In this document: one piece after another, positions 1-9,282 of the stretch
Layout of the letters: every line of letters starts with the position of its first letter
Numbering within the stretch: position 1 is the stretch's first letter
DNA from: Phycisphaerae bacterium
GTDB lineage: Bacteria; Planctomycetota; Phycisphaerae; SM23-33
Direction of reading: 5' to 3'
DNA length: 64,000 nucleotides
Assembly: GCA_039683615.1 (NCBI GenBank)
Contig: JBDKRA010000042.1
Location: 4,295-68,294, forward strand
The notes under the pieces: generated by a model
The model's database searches: none
What the model was told of the DNA's origin: nothing
What the model saw: the letters and a program-made list of their open reading frames with translations, nothing else
Program-made: the position numbers and the translations under genes

Positions 1-2
1 AT

Positions 3-179
3 GTATTCCAGAAACCCGGCGCAACGCGCGACGAAATCTGGCGCGAGCTCGACCGCACTTACACCCCGCGTCTGCGCAAAGCCAACATGGTCCTCTGGTT
101 GGGGGTGGACGGCCTGCCCACGCCGCTGGAACGGTTCGAGGCCGTCCGCGACTGGATGGCCGCCAACGGCCGCTTTTGA
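3..179 (+). CDS. 3' end of an unidentified protein-coding gene (partial, runs off the window start)
   Basis: Frame +3 is open from the window edge to TGA at 177-179. It has a strong G/C third-position bias, unlike the listed frame +1 ORF 1..234. Translation: ...DEIWRELDRTYTPRLRKANMVLWLGVDGLPTPLERFEAVRDWMAANGRF. No family recognised. Confidence 0.5.
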   Translation, partial: VFQKPGATRDEIWRELDRTYTPRLRKANMVLWLGVDGLPTPLERFEAVRDWMAANGRF

Positions 180-350
180 ACCGCCGCCTCCTTTCCCAGA
201 AGCCTTTCCTGCACGAGAACGCACAAACCGGTAGGGATGTCCCGGGATAACGGCGGATAACGCCGTGCCAAGGTGTCTGGAACAACACAGAGCGTTGACG
301 GCATGGGAATTGGCAATGCAGGTGAAGGCCGGTCCGCTCTGAATCATCAG

Positions 351-380
351 GGACGCGCACAACGGAGTTGTGCGTGGCAC
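351..380 (+). repeat. 30-nt hairpin element, copy 1 (CGCACAAC-GGA-GTTGTGCG followed by TGGCAC)
   Basis: ggacgcgcacaacggagttgtgcgtggcac has a perfect 8-bp stem with a GGA loop. A second copy at 29727-29756 is 28/30 identical. Both lie 50-70 nt upstream of a plus-strand start codon. Confidence 0.75.
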
Positions 381-429
381 AACGGGTCATAGCCTTTACA
401 CCACCCCGCGGCAAGCGTACAGTTCGCCC

Positions 430-1563
430 ATGCCGACCCATGAGCAAAAAGCCCAAGTGCTGCAGGCGTATCGGGCGCGAAAGCCCATCCGCGTGCCGGT
501 GACGTATGGGGCCAACCCGCGCGTCGTGGTGCTCGACCCGAAGTGGAACCCGCACGGCATCACGTTCAAAGATTACTTCACGCGGGCCGACGCGATGATC
601 GAGGCGCAGTTGGCCCTGGTCGAGTACAAGGCCCAGTACCTCAACAACTACTGCGACGACCCGACCGGCCGGCCGGCGGCCTGGGACTTCTACGTCGACG
701 CGATGAACAGCTACGACTCGCTGTACTTCGGTTGCCCGATGCACTTCCGCGCCGACGAAGTGCCCGACACCGAGCCGATCCTCCGCGGGGCCGACAAGGA
801 AAAGATCTTCGCCTTCGACCTCGATCACCCGCTGGACAACCCGTTCGTCCGCCAGCGCCTGGCCCTCTACGACGACCTCAAGGCCGCCGTCGCCGGCATG
901 TCGTACCACGGGATGAAGCTCGGCGTAGCGGCGCCGGTGCTGGGCTTCGACGGCCACCTGACCATCGCCACCTGCCTGCGTGGGGCCGAGCTGTACCTGG
1001 ACTTCTATGAAGACCCGCCCTACGTGCGGCGGCTGCTGGACTTCATCCACCGCGCGGTGGTCATCCGCAACAACGCGCTGAACGAGAAGTTCGGCATGAA
1101 GCCGTTCGCGGCCGCCGGCGGGTTCTTTGCCGACGACTCGATCCAGTTGATCTCCGGCCAGATGTATCGCCAGTTCATGCTGCCGCTGCACCGGCGCTGG
1201 TACGGGCAGTGGACCGGCGGCGGTCCGCACGCGATCCACCTCTGCGGCGACGCGACGCGGCACTTCGGCGTCATCGCCGACGAGCTCAACGTGCGGTCGT
1301 TCGACACGGGCTTTCCCGTCGACCACGGCGCGCTGCGCAAAGAGCTCGGGCCGGATGTTGAGATCCTCGGCGGACCGGAGGTGGGCCTGCTCCTGCACGG
1401 CACGAGCGAGGCCGTCTACGAGCGCACGGCCGCCATCCTCACCTCGGGCGTCAAAGACGGGGGGCGCTTCGTCCTGCGCGAGGGCAACAACCTCCCGCCG
1501 CGCGTGCCCGAGGCGAACCTGTCGGCCATGTACCGTGCCTGCCTCGACCATGGCCAGACATAG
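430..1563 (+). CDS. uroporphyrinogen decarboxylase (URO-D)/MtaA-CmuA family protein, paralogue 1
   Basis: Family-typical block ...FFADDSIQLISGQMYRQFMLPLHRRW...AIHLCGDATRHF...VRSFDTGF... ATG at 430 (MPTHEQK...) is preferred over the listed GTG at 370, which lies inside the hairpin repeat. Confidence 0.8.
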   Translation: MPTHEQKAQVLQAYRARKPIRVPVTYGANPRVVVLDPKWNPHGITFKDYFTRADAMIEAQLALVEYKAQYLNNYCDDPTGRPAAWDFYVDAMNSYDSLYFGCPMHFRADEVPDTEPILRGADKEKIFAFDLDHPLDNPFVRQRLALYDDLKAAVAGMSYHGMKLGVAAPVLGFDGHLTIATCLRGAELYLDFYEDPPYVRRLLDFIHRAVVIRNNALNEKFGMKPFAAAGGFFADDSIQLISGQMYRQFMLPLHRRWYGQWTGGGPHAIHLCGDATRHFGVIADELNVRSFDTGFPVDHGALRKELGPDVEILGGPEVGLLLHGTSEAVYERTAAILTSGVKDGGRFVLREGNNLPPRVPEANLSAMYRACLDHGQT

Positions 1564-1623
1564 CGAGGAACCACTGCGGCAATCCAAGCGTGGCGACGTG
1601 GCTCCCTGCAAGTCTCTGCACGG

Positions 1624-2667
1624 TCATCGCGCCGTTTCATTCGAGAATCCCGGCTGGGCCTTCAGCACCGCCTGCATGGCTGTGAGATTTTCCGGCGGGG
1701 TGTCGCGGGGGACGGCGTGAGAGGGCGAGAAGATCAGGCCGCCTTGCGCGCCGGCGGCCAGCAGGCGGCTTGTGGCGGCCCGCACCTCGTCGGCTGTGCC
1801 GAAGGGCAGCACCTTCTGCACGCTCATGCCGCCGTGGAACGCAAGGCGGCCGCGGTACTTTCGCAGCAGTGTCGGGCAGTCCATCACCTCGGGCTGGAAT
1901 GGGTTGAAGCAGTTCAGCCCGATCTCGATCAGGTCGTCGAAGAGGCTGTCCACGCGGCCGCAGGAGTGCAGGAAGATGTACTTGCCCGCCGCGCGGATGG
2001 GGGCCCACATGCGGGCCAGGCGCGGCTTGATGAACGTGCGCCAGTGGTCGATGCCCATGATCAGCCCGCGCTGCATGCCGTAGTCGTCGCCGAAGAGGAA
2101 GGCGTCGAAGTCGTGCCGCAGGGCGTGGCGGATCTGGCGGAGGTTCTCGTCGGCGATGGCGTCGAGCAGCTCGTGGACGAACTGCGGGCGCTCGAGCATG
2201 TCCATCAGCAGCGGCTCCATCCCGCGCATCGTCCAGGCCCGCTCATAGAGCGAGAAGCCGATGTTGAACAGCGCGAACAGCCCCTGCCCCCGCGCCCAGG
2301 TCAGGAACGGCCCGAGGTGCTCGTATGCGCGCGGGTCGTCGGCGTTGGGCCATTCGTACCTCGCCAGGTCCTGCGGGCTCTTCAGAGGCCAATCGCAGGG
2401 CGTGCCGATATCGACGTCGATGGTCTTGTCCCACACCACGCCAAAGGCGTCGCGCCAATATCCCGGTCGAATCTCGCCGCTGCGCCCGGCGATGGCCGCC
2501 CCGCCGATGACCATGTGCGGCGCCAGCCAGTGCCAAAGGTCGTCGACTCCCAGATGCGCCCGCAGCTTCACCCCGCAATCATGCGTGGCGTCCCATGACC
2601 ACGGCACATAAGGCGGCCGCCGAAACTCCAGCGCCTCGATCACGATCTCTCTTCGCGTTACCGGCAT
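1624..2667 (-). CDS. URO-D/MtaA-CmuA family protein, paralogue 2
   Basis: From internal ATG (cat at 2665-2667): MPVTRREIVIEALEFRRPPYVPW... with FLFGDDYGMQRGLIMGIDHWRTFIKPR...FLHSCGRVDSLFDDLIEIGLNCFNPFQ. The upstream 197 codons of the listed ORF are Arg/Ser/Ala-rich and overlap the plus-strand gene at 2831. Confidence 0.8.
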   Translation of the reverse strand: MPVTRREIVIEALEFRRPPYVPWSWDATHDCGVKLRAHLGVDDLWHWLAPHMVIGGAAIAGRSGEIRPGYWRDAFGVVWDKTIDVDIGTPCDWPLKSPQDLARYEWPNADDPRAYEHLGPFLTWARGQGLFALFNIGFSLYERAWTMRGMEPLLMDMLERPQFVHELLDAIADENLRQIRHALRHDFDAFLFGDDYGMQRGLIMGIDHWRTFIKPRLARMWAPIRAAGKYIFLHSCGRVDSLFDDLIEIGLNCFNPFQPEVMDCPTLLRKYRGRLAFHGGMSVQKVLPFGTADEVRAATSRLLAAGAQGGLIFSPSHAVPRDTPPENLTAMQAVLKAQPGFSNETAR

Positions 2668-2830
2668 AGACGCATCATATCGTTGCAGGCAAGGCGTGAC
2701 CACCGCTTGTGGCGGAACAGCCACGAGGCAAGCAGAAAAGAGGTCGGCTCGAAGACGTGGAATGTCTGATGCCTGGCGCTTGTCTTGAGAGTAAAATCCA
2801 TCCGCGCTGGTCTGTTCTGAGGGCGGCCTG

Positions 2831-3592
2831 ATGGAACTTACTCTCATACTAGCGTGGGTCCCCGCGTGGTTCGTGATCGCCCTGCTCGTCGCGGCTGTGG
2901 CTTTGGCGGCATGGGGCTTTCGGCACAGGCGGACCGAACTGACCATCTTCATCGTTCTGGCGGTCATGCAGATATCAATCCTCCTGACCTGGGTTGCGGG
3001 AATTACGACGGCCGCAGTCTTTGAAGAGAGCAGCGACTCATGGGGCGCCATCGCCCAGCAGCGGATCCTTCCGCCCGAACTGGAAGCCGCCGTGATGCGG
3101 GTATTCTGGACAGCCGCCACGGTGCTGGCGGTTATCTGGGCAGGGTTATGGCTGGTGCATATGTATCGCAAAGGGTTTTTCCCGCGCCAGGGCAAGGGCC
3201 TGCGGGTCTCGGCCGTGCTCTTGCTGATATTCTCCCTGTTGTGCCTGGTCAGCAACATTCATAACTACAGGCGAAGTCCACTACCGCCATATCGCAGCAT
3301 GTCTCCCGACGGCAGGATCGAGGCGGCCGTGGTGCCAATGGACTGCATGATCGATGTGGAAGGGATTCTCATCCACCGTCAACCGGGCGAGTTTTGGTAT
3401 CGCCTTGGCGCACGGGTGGGGGATATCCTCGGTTTGGGAATATCGCAAATGGAATGGCCGTCCAACATGCGTTTGCGAATGGTGTTTTCAACGAAGAACA
3501 ACTACTCCATGACTTATGACTTCGAGACAGGCAAGATGGAGACAAGCGGCACCAGACCCACATGGGACTCCGGAGGCTGGGAGGAACCATAG
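2831..3592 (+). CDS. hypothetical integral membrane protein (about 4 N-terminal TM helices plus a soluble C-terminal domain)
   Basis: ATG start. Hydrophobic stretches include LILAWVPAWFVIALLVAAVALAAW, IFIVLAVMQISILLTWVAGI, VFWTAATVLAVIWAGLWLV and VSAVLLLIFSLLCLV. GC is lower than in flanking genes. No family recognised. Confidence 0.55.
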   Translation: MELTLILAWVPAWFVIALLVAAVALAAWGFRHRRTELTIFIVLAVMQISILLTWVAGITTAAVFEESSDSWGAIAQQRILPPELEAAVMRVFWTAATVLAVIWAGLWLVHMYRKGFFPRQGKGLRVSAVLLLIFSLLCLVSNIHNYRRSPLPPYRSMSPDGRIEAAVVPMDCMIDVEGILIHRQPGEFWYRLGARVGDILGLGISQMEWPSNMRLRMVFSTKNNYSMTYDFETGKMETSGTRPTWDSGGWEEP

Positions 3593-3717
3593 AAGGGGAT
3601 GGGCTGCTTTATGGGACGTCTTTCTCCTATTGCCCCAAGATGATGCTGGCTGATCGGGAAAGTAGCTTGGCCCCCTTTCCAGCCCGGAAAGGCTGAGCCA
3701 TCGGTACGGACGGCGAA

Positions 3718-5901
3718 CTACTGCTTCAGCGCCGCTTTAGCCGCGGTGGCCAAGGCGCCATTCTTAGATTTGGACCATCGCTCGAATGCAGCCTTTGCCT
3801 GCGGGATGGCGGCCAAGCCATTTGTTCGCAACAGTTCAAGTTTAGTGTATAGAGGCAGCGGACGGTTGAAACACTTCCCGATAGGGTCTGCAAAATCACC
3901 TGCTCCTGAAAGGAGCACGACAGCGAACGCGTCGTCGTCTCCGTCGAGAAGCCCCTCCGTCAGCAATTGCTGATTGGCCTTGATGATGCCAGGCACGCAA
4001 TGCAACTCCGCGCAGTGCCGCAGCAGTTGCATTTTGCTGATCTGCGACCGCCCTTCATCGCCAGCGCCCCATTCCAGAAATTGTGCGATGGCCGTTTCAT
4101 AGGCCTTCTGATGTTTGGCAGGATCGACTTTGGCCAGCGCCGCCAGCAGCAAAATCGTGCTATAGGCTTTGTCGTGCTGGTCCGAGCGGCCGATCTCGCC
4201 GGGCCAATGGCGCTTCAGCCGTGCCAACGCCGGCTCGTGTTGTGCTTGAACATGCTTCATCAGGGCCGGTCCGATCTCCACAGCGACACTCTCAAATGGC
4301 TTGGGCAGTTCATCGACCGCCGCCAGGAGCGTCCCAACAGATGAGGCATCATTCAGCCCCAGCATGCAACGCGCGCCTTCCAGGCGCAGTTCGGCTTTGG
4401 GACTGGCGGCCGCCAGCGCGATCAGATCGCGAGCTTCTTTAGAACGCACAAACTGCAGGGGCTGTAGGCAAAGGACCTCTTCCGGCACGGCGAGAACGCC
4501 CTTCTTTGCGGCCTCGATAACGCGCGAGGCGTTTGCCACGGCGGCCGGTTCATTCAAAGCCATGGTCTTCCAGACGTACTGGAAACCGGCGCTGAGGAAC
4601 TGGCGGTAGTCACCGGGATGTTCGGAGAAATCCGATACCAGCGGCCCGGCCGCCTCTCTAGCTTTAGAGGCGGCAAGCCATTGTATGTGAGAACCAGCGT
4701 CACCTTTGTGCAAACGGCATAGGCGCAGAGATTCGATTAGATCTGCCACTGGCCTGGCGACATCAGGCGCCCGAGAGAACTCCCGGTTAGCGTTTCTCAG
4801 AATCACCCAAAGCGCCCGGCGAACACGATCGTTGTATTCTTCTTGCGACTGTGTTGTCGTCGCCGGGCGCGTGTCCGGCCGATCAATATCTACCACATAT
4901 TTCCAGAGCACTTTGCGGACCTGCGGAGAGTCGCTCCAGGCAAAGAGGCGGATGAACATGTGCTTGTAATGATAGTCATTCTTTTCCGCCAGCAACAGGG
5001 CGCCCTTCTCATCCAACATCCCGAATTCGCAGCGGATGGCCAGGCCTTTTATTTCGCTAAGAAGGTTCTTGAGGCGGGAGGGCATCGTCAATAGTTCTCG
5101 CTCATCGTCCGTTGCATGCTCCCACGCCTGGTTTCGGTCTTCGCGGGACTCATCCTCCTCTACATCAGAGTCCCCCGATTTCCTGGAGGGGAGCTTCTTG
5201 CGAAGGAGGATCGTTTTGACGAGGTTGTCGGCCTTTGCCTGAGCTTGAGAGACCGCCTGCGCCATCTGGACCTGCAATGGGCGGCAGAGACCCAGTGCCT
5301 GGTTGTACTGGCCCTGCTGGATCAGGCGGTGCATCTGCCGGTACGACCCCTTTACAGGCTCGGACAGGACTGGAAGCATCTTGAGCTTGAACCAATGTGC
5401 CTTCTTGCGGTAGCTCCAGGCAAGTTCGTCTTCGCCGTCATCATCAGCCATCCACGCCCCGGTCATCATGAGGCCATATAGCTCTGATAACGGCGCCGAG
5501 CCTGCCCGCATGCAGGTTTCGGCTGCGGATACTTCCTCCAACGGCAGAAGTTGCGCGCAAGGATAGGCCGCGGCGTTTTCGGCCAGAGCTTTGCGTATGG
5601 CATCCAGTTTCGCACCCGTGGGCACATCTTCGCCCTTGAGAAAACGCTCGCTTCCGCCCGCATAATGACACTTCGGGCAGGCGTGGCATGAGCTACCGAT
5701 GATATCGGCGCCGATGCAGATGGGACGGCCTTCCTCGTCGCCTCCGACAGTGGAACAGGACATCGGTACCATTACACGGATCGTCGTGTGGCACAGGGGA
5801 CAAACCAATTCCGCAGATCCAAACGTGGTGCAGAAGGCCGAAGGAGGCGTAGTTGCGATCAGCATCGCGACGGCGGCTGCAAGAACCAATCGAGTGCTCA
5901 T
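3718..5901 (-). CDS. hypothetical exported protein with N-terminal 4-Cys zinc-ribbon-like motif and long alpha-helical repeat region
   Basis: Internal ATG (cat 5899-5901) gives MSTRLVLAAAVAMLIATTPPSAFC (signal-peptide-like). This is followed by CPLC...x37...CPKC, then about 650 aa of helical/HEAT-like sequence. The listed 1089-aa ORF extension overlaps the plus-strand gene 6058-7026. Visibly lower GC than the surroundings. Confidence 0.7.
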   Translation of the reverse strand: MSTRLVLAAAVAMLIATTPPSAFCTTFGSAELVCPLCHTTIRVMVPMSCSTVGGDEEGRPICIGADIIGSSCHACPKCHYAGGSERFLKGEDVPTGAKLDAIRKALAENAAAYPCAQLLPLEEVSAAETCMRAGSAPLSELYGLMMTGAWMADDDGEDELAWSYRKKAHWFKLKMLPVLSEPVKGSYRQMHRLIQQGQYNQALGLCRPLQVQMAQAVSQAQAKADNLVKTILLRKKLPSRKSGDSDVEEDESREDRNQAWEHATDDERELLTMPSRLKNLLSEIKGLAIRCEFGMLDEKGALLLAEKNDYHYKHMFIRLFAWSDSPQVRKVLWKYVVDIDRPDTRPATTTQSQEEYNDRVRRALWVILRNANREFSRAPDVARPVADLIESLRLCRLHKGDAGSHIQWLAASKAREAAGPLVSDFSEHPGDYRQFLSAGFQYVWKTMALNEPAAVANASRVIEAAKKGVLAVPEEVLCLQPLQFVRSKEARDLIALAAASPKAELRLEGARCMLGLNDASSVGTLLAAVDELPKPFESVAVEIGPALMKHVQAQHEPALARLKRHWPGEIGRSDQHDKAYSTILLLAALAKVDPAKHQKAYETAIAQFLEWGAGDEGRSQISKMQLLRHCAELHCVPGIIKANQQLLTEGLLDGDDDAFAVVLLSGAGDFADPIGKCFNRPLPLYTKLELLRTNGLAAIPQAKAAFERWSKSKNGALATAAKAALKQ

Positions 5902-6057
5902 GCTTTGCCCCAGAAAAAGAGAGTTACTGTAAGAAAGGATTATAAGGTACCAACGGCAGGAATCAATGACACTGACGGGGCGATGCCGCCGCGGCGTTGA
6001 CGTTTGCCGCATCAAGGGGGACAATCCTGCAATCGGCGTGGAATTAAGGAGAGCTTC

Positions 6058-7026
6058 ATGCTCGACAAGACGGCTTGGTTTGCTCAGTGCGGGTGGGGCG
6101 TGTTCTGTCATTATCTGGGCAGTCCGCCTTCGACGCACGGCATTGGGACGACGGCTGACCAGTGGAACCGCCAGGTCGACGCGTTCGACGTGGCGGGGCT
6201 GGCCGAGCAGCTCGAGGCGGCGGCCGCCCCGTACTTCTTTATCACCGTCGGGCAGGGGTCGGGGCATTATTGCGCCCCCAACGCGACGTACGACGCCCTG
6301 ACGGGTCTGACGCCCAGCAAGTGCTCGCGGCGCGATCTGGTCAGCGACCTCTACGACGCCCTGCACGGCCGCGGGATCGAGCTGCTGGTCTACACCACCG
6401 GCGACGGGTCCTGGGGTGACTTCGAGGCCCGCAAAGGCCTCAAGCTCCACAGCCACTGGAACGACCCCGGCGGCAACTTCGACTGGGACGCCAGCCGCAA
6501 CGTCGAGTTCCAGACCAACTGGGAAAACGTCAATCGCGAGTGGTCGCTGCGATGGGGCACGAAGGTGCGCGGCTGGTGGGTCGACGGCGCGTACCACGCC
6601 CACGTGCGGTACCCGGAGAATCAGCCGCCGAACTTCGAGACGTTTGCGGCCGCCCTGCGGGCGGGCAACCCCGACGCGATCGTCGCGTTCAACCCCGGCG
6701 TGAAGCTGCCGGTGATTCACTACACGCGGCACGAAGACTTCACCTGCGGCGAGGTGGCCGATGCCCTGCCGGCATGCCCCGGCGCGTGGGTCGAGAAGGA
6801 CGGCCACAAGGCCCGCTACCATCTGCTGAGCTACCTGGGCAGCACCTGGTGCGGCGGGGCGGCGCCGCGATTCCCGGACGATCTGGCGGCCGCCTACACC
6901 GCCTACATCGCCGGCCGCGGCGGCGTGATGACCTGGGACGTGCCGATCGAAAAATCCGGTCTCATCCCCGCCGCGTTCGCAGACCAACTAAAAGCCATCG
7001 GCCGCCGGATGGCATCAGCGCGTTAG
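6058..7026 (+). CDS. GH29-like (alpha-L-fucosidase superfamily) TIM-barrel protein, tentative
   Basis: ATG at 6058 is preceded by AAGGAGAG (6044-6051). MLDKTAWFAQCGWGVFCHYL...FDVAGLAEQLEAAAAPYFFITVGQGSGHYCAPN...RRDLVSDLYDALHGRGIELLVYT resembles the N-terminal catalytic-domain pattern of fucosidase-like proteins. The functional call is from memory of the pattern only. Confidence 0.55.
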   Translation: MLDKTAWFAQCGWGVFCHYLGSPPSTHGIGTTADQWNRQVDAFDVAGLAEQLEAAAAPYFFITVGQGSGHYCAPNATYDALTGLTPSKCSRRDLVSDLYDALHGRGIELLVYTTGDGSWGDFEARKGLKLHSHWNDPGGNFDWDASRNVEFQTNWENVNREWSLRWGTKVRGWWVDGAYHAHVRYPENQPPNFETFAAALRAGNPDAIVAFNPGVKLPVIHYTRHEDFTCGEVADALPACPGAWVEKDGHKARYHLLSYLGSTWCGGAAPRFPDDLAAAYTAYIAGRGGVMTWDVPIEKSGLIPAAFADQLKAIGRRMASAR

Positions 7027-7199
7027 GGGCCAATTGGGTTCTTGATGACCTGGTGCGCCTGGGATGTAGGTCGAGGCGCAATAGATCGCTAAGTAGTTGT
7101 CATATAAAGCGTTACGATGCACAAGGCTCGTGAGGTAGTACTCTCCATGACTTCGACATGCGCACTATGCGCACCTGGACGCCGGCTTGGCTTGGCGCC

Positions 7200-8063
7200 C
7201 TATGGCCGGGCCGCGCACGTGAAGATGTGATAGTGCAGGTAAGCAGTGAAGGCATTGTTTCCCGGCGTCGGTCCCGGCTCGAAGACGCCGTCCATGTGGC
7301 CGAAGCGGTCGGTCAACTCGCGCCCAATCGTCTCGACATCGCCGGCCGTGAGCTGGTAGCGCCGGGCCAGGTCGGCACCGGTCAGGGGTAGCGGCGGGGC
7401 GGCCTGCACGTCGAGCACCTGCCATCGGGTCTGCTCGAGCGCCTCGCGGAGGGCATCGAGTGTCGGATACCACTTTTCCGTCCGCATGCGGCGGTAGAGA
7501 TCGTTGAGACATTCTGCGTCGCGTGCGGCCACAAAGCAGGCGCTCTGGTGCACGAGGATCTCGCCGGTCCGTATCTGCGACCGCACGTGCTGCAGGAAGG
7601 GTCGCAGGCCCTGGCGGCCGAAGTAGTGCAGCAGTGACCGCATCACGAGCATCAGCCGCCCGCTGCCGGCGCCGAGGTCATCGCGCGTGACGGCGTCGGC
7701 GGAGCGATAGAGCTGGACGATCCGGCGATGCCGCGACTGTTCAAGCTGCCTCGGGGAAAGGTCCACGTTGATCAGGGCGGCGCCGTCGAGGCAGCGCTGC
7801 GCCAAAGCCTGCTCGAGCACGAAGCCGGTCCCGCCGCCCAGGTCGGCCAGCACGGCCGGCGGATGGTGCCTCGCGGCCTGCGCGATGGCCGCCACTAGCG
7901 GGGCGGCGATGGCGGCGTCGGCGAAGTACCCGCCGTGCATCGACTGCCACGCCGCGCCCTGCACGGCGGCCTCCCGCCGGATAGATTCGCTCTCGTGGGT
8001 CACAGTGTGCTTGCTCCGGGCGCTGGGGCGCCGCCAGATTCTTTTTGCCTGCAGAGGAGGCAT
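7200..8063 (-). CDS. class I SAM-dependent methyltransferase
   Basis: Motif I VLADLGGGTGFVLEQAL. Start at internal ATG (cat 8061-8063). The listed 510-aa ORF extension overlaps the pilin-like gene 8122-9264 in another frame. Confidence 0.7.
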   Translation of the reverse strand: MPPLQAKRIWRRPSARSKHTVTHESESIRREAAVQGAAWQSMHGGYFADAAIAAPLVAAIAQAARHHPPAVLADLGGGTGFVLEQALAQRCLDGAALINVDLSPRQLEQSRHRRIVQLYRSADAVTRDDLGAGSGRLMLVMRSLLHYFGRQGLRPFLQHVRSQIRTGEILVHQSACFVAARDAECLNDLYRRMRTEKWYPTLDALREALEQTRWQVLDVQAAPPLPLTGADLARRYQLTAGDVETIGRELTDRFGHMDGVFEPGPTPGNNAFTAYLHYHIFTCAARP

Positions 8064-8121
8064 TATACCCGCCAGGCACTGCGGAGGGGGCGATAGAGCT
8101 TTTGCCCGCCAACGTGCCGGC

Positions 8122-9264
8122 TCAGGGGGTCCAGCGGGCCGGGTATAGTCGCGGGCTGATCTCCAGCGGCGAGGCGGTCCTGACCGTTCCGTCGGCTTTG
8201 AGGTAGTTGACCTTGCCCAGGTGGCGGGCGCTCTTGAGCAGGATCGTTTCGGCGGTGACGGTGTTATCCATGTCGACGATCGTCGTGTCCTTGTAATCGA
8301 CCAGCACGATGGGCGGGTCGTTGAAGGCGCAGCGGTCGATGCGGGAATTGATGGCGTAATTGGTCGAAATCTTGACGACCGATCCGTCGTCCTGCGCGGC
8401 CGGGGCCGCTCCTCCCCAGCCGTCCACCTTGGTCCATTGGCCTCGATGGAACCGGATGACGCTATCGGTTCCGAAGGCGGGCTTGTCCTTGTAGAACAGG
8501 TCGTTCTGATTGCCGCACGTATTGAGGTAGTCGGCGGGGTTCCATCCATTGGTGTGCGTGACGCCGTTGTAGATCCAGGTCTTGACCGTCGGCCAATTCG
8601 GGTCGCTGGTGCCCCACGGGACGTAGATCGATCCGTCTGCATAGAGGCGGAGCGTTCCGTCGCTGTCGAATTGGCCGGAGTGGAATCCCAGGTTGCTCTG
8701 GTTGATGTGCCGGCACGTGGGATCGTCTTCAAAATGATAATCCACGTAGCTGCCTCGCGAGTCGGTCCCCTGGATCGAGGAGTAGAGATTCATGATCGGG
8801 AAAGACGGGTCCACCGACACCACCAGCATCGCCTGCGGAGGAAACAGCGCGACTTGCGGGCTGGGAAGAAATGTGTCAATCGGCCAACGCCCGATCCCGC
8901 AGTCGTACTCGAGCTTGCCCAGCTTGGTCTTGAGCGGCGCCTCGCGCATCGGACTGGCCGGGGCCTGGGGCGTTCCGTAGGCGACGTCCTCGGGACAGAG
9001 ATAGATCGCCTGCGTCGAGACGGCGTTTGCGGGGACGCCCGGCCAGGCCGAGGCCTCGGGGTAGCTGGCCTTGCCGCTGGGCCCGCCGGGAGTGTCCTTG
9101 GCCAGGACGAAGGCCTGTCCGAGACGATCAAGATTGTTGGCGCAGACAGTCATGCGCGTCCGGGCCATGACGTTGCCCGACGTCGGGAGCACGAGCACCG
9201 CCAGCAAGGCGATGACCACGATCACCACCAGCAGTTCCACAAGCGTGAACGCCAGCCGCTTCAT
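8122..9264 (-). CDS. prepilin-type N-terminal cleavage/methylation domain protein (pseudopilin-like, large C-terminal domain)
   Basis: MKRLAFTLVELLVVIVVIALLAVLVLP is a classic class-III signal (FTLVELLVV). The architecture is common in PVC bacteria. Confidence 0.85.
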   Translation of the reverse strand: MKRLAFTLVELLVVIVVIALLAVLVLPTSGNVMARTRMTVCANNLDRLGQAFVLAKDTPGGPSGKASYPEASAWPGVPANAVSTQAIYLCPEDVAYGTPQAPASPMREAPLKTKLGKLEYDCGIGRWPIDTFLPSPQVALFPPQAMLVVSVDPSFPIMNLYSSIQGTDSRGSYVDYHFEDDPTCRHINQSNLGFHSGQFDSDGTLRLYADGSIYVPWGTSDPNWPTVKTWIYNGVTHTNGWNPADYLNTCGNQNDLFYKDKPAFGTDSVIRFHRGQWTKVDGWGGAAPAAQDDGSVVKISTNYAINSRIDRCAFNDPPIVLVDYKDTTIVDMDNTVTAETILLKSARHLGKVNYLKADGTVRTASPLEISPRLYPARWTP

Positions 9265-9282
9265 GTGCGCTCCTTTGGCACC

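Noticed and set aside
375-392. A sigma54 promoter suggested by TGGCAC in the 30-nt hairpin element (also at 29751-29768).
   Set aside because: The required -12 element (TTGC about 5 nt downstream of the GG) is absent in both copies (aacgggtcat / ccatccttca).
5902-6987. N-terminal extension of the listed 1089-aa ORF 3718-6987. Analogous extensions occur for 1624-3258, 7200-8732, 16610-19051, 20999-23692, 24080-25831, 34986-36197 and 44313-47408.
   Set aside because: The extensions overlap well-supported genes on the other strand or in another frame and have shadow-frame composition. In each case an internal ATG yields a sensible N-terminus (signal peptide or conserved family start).
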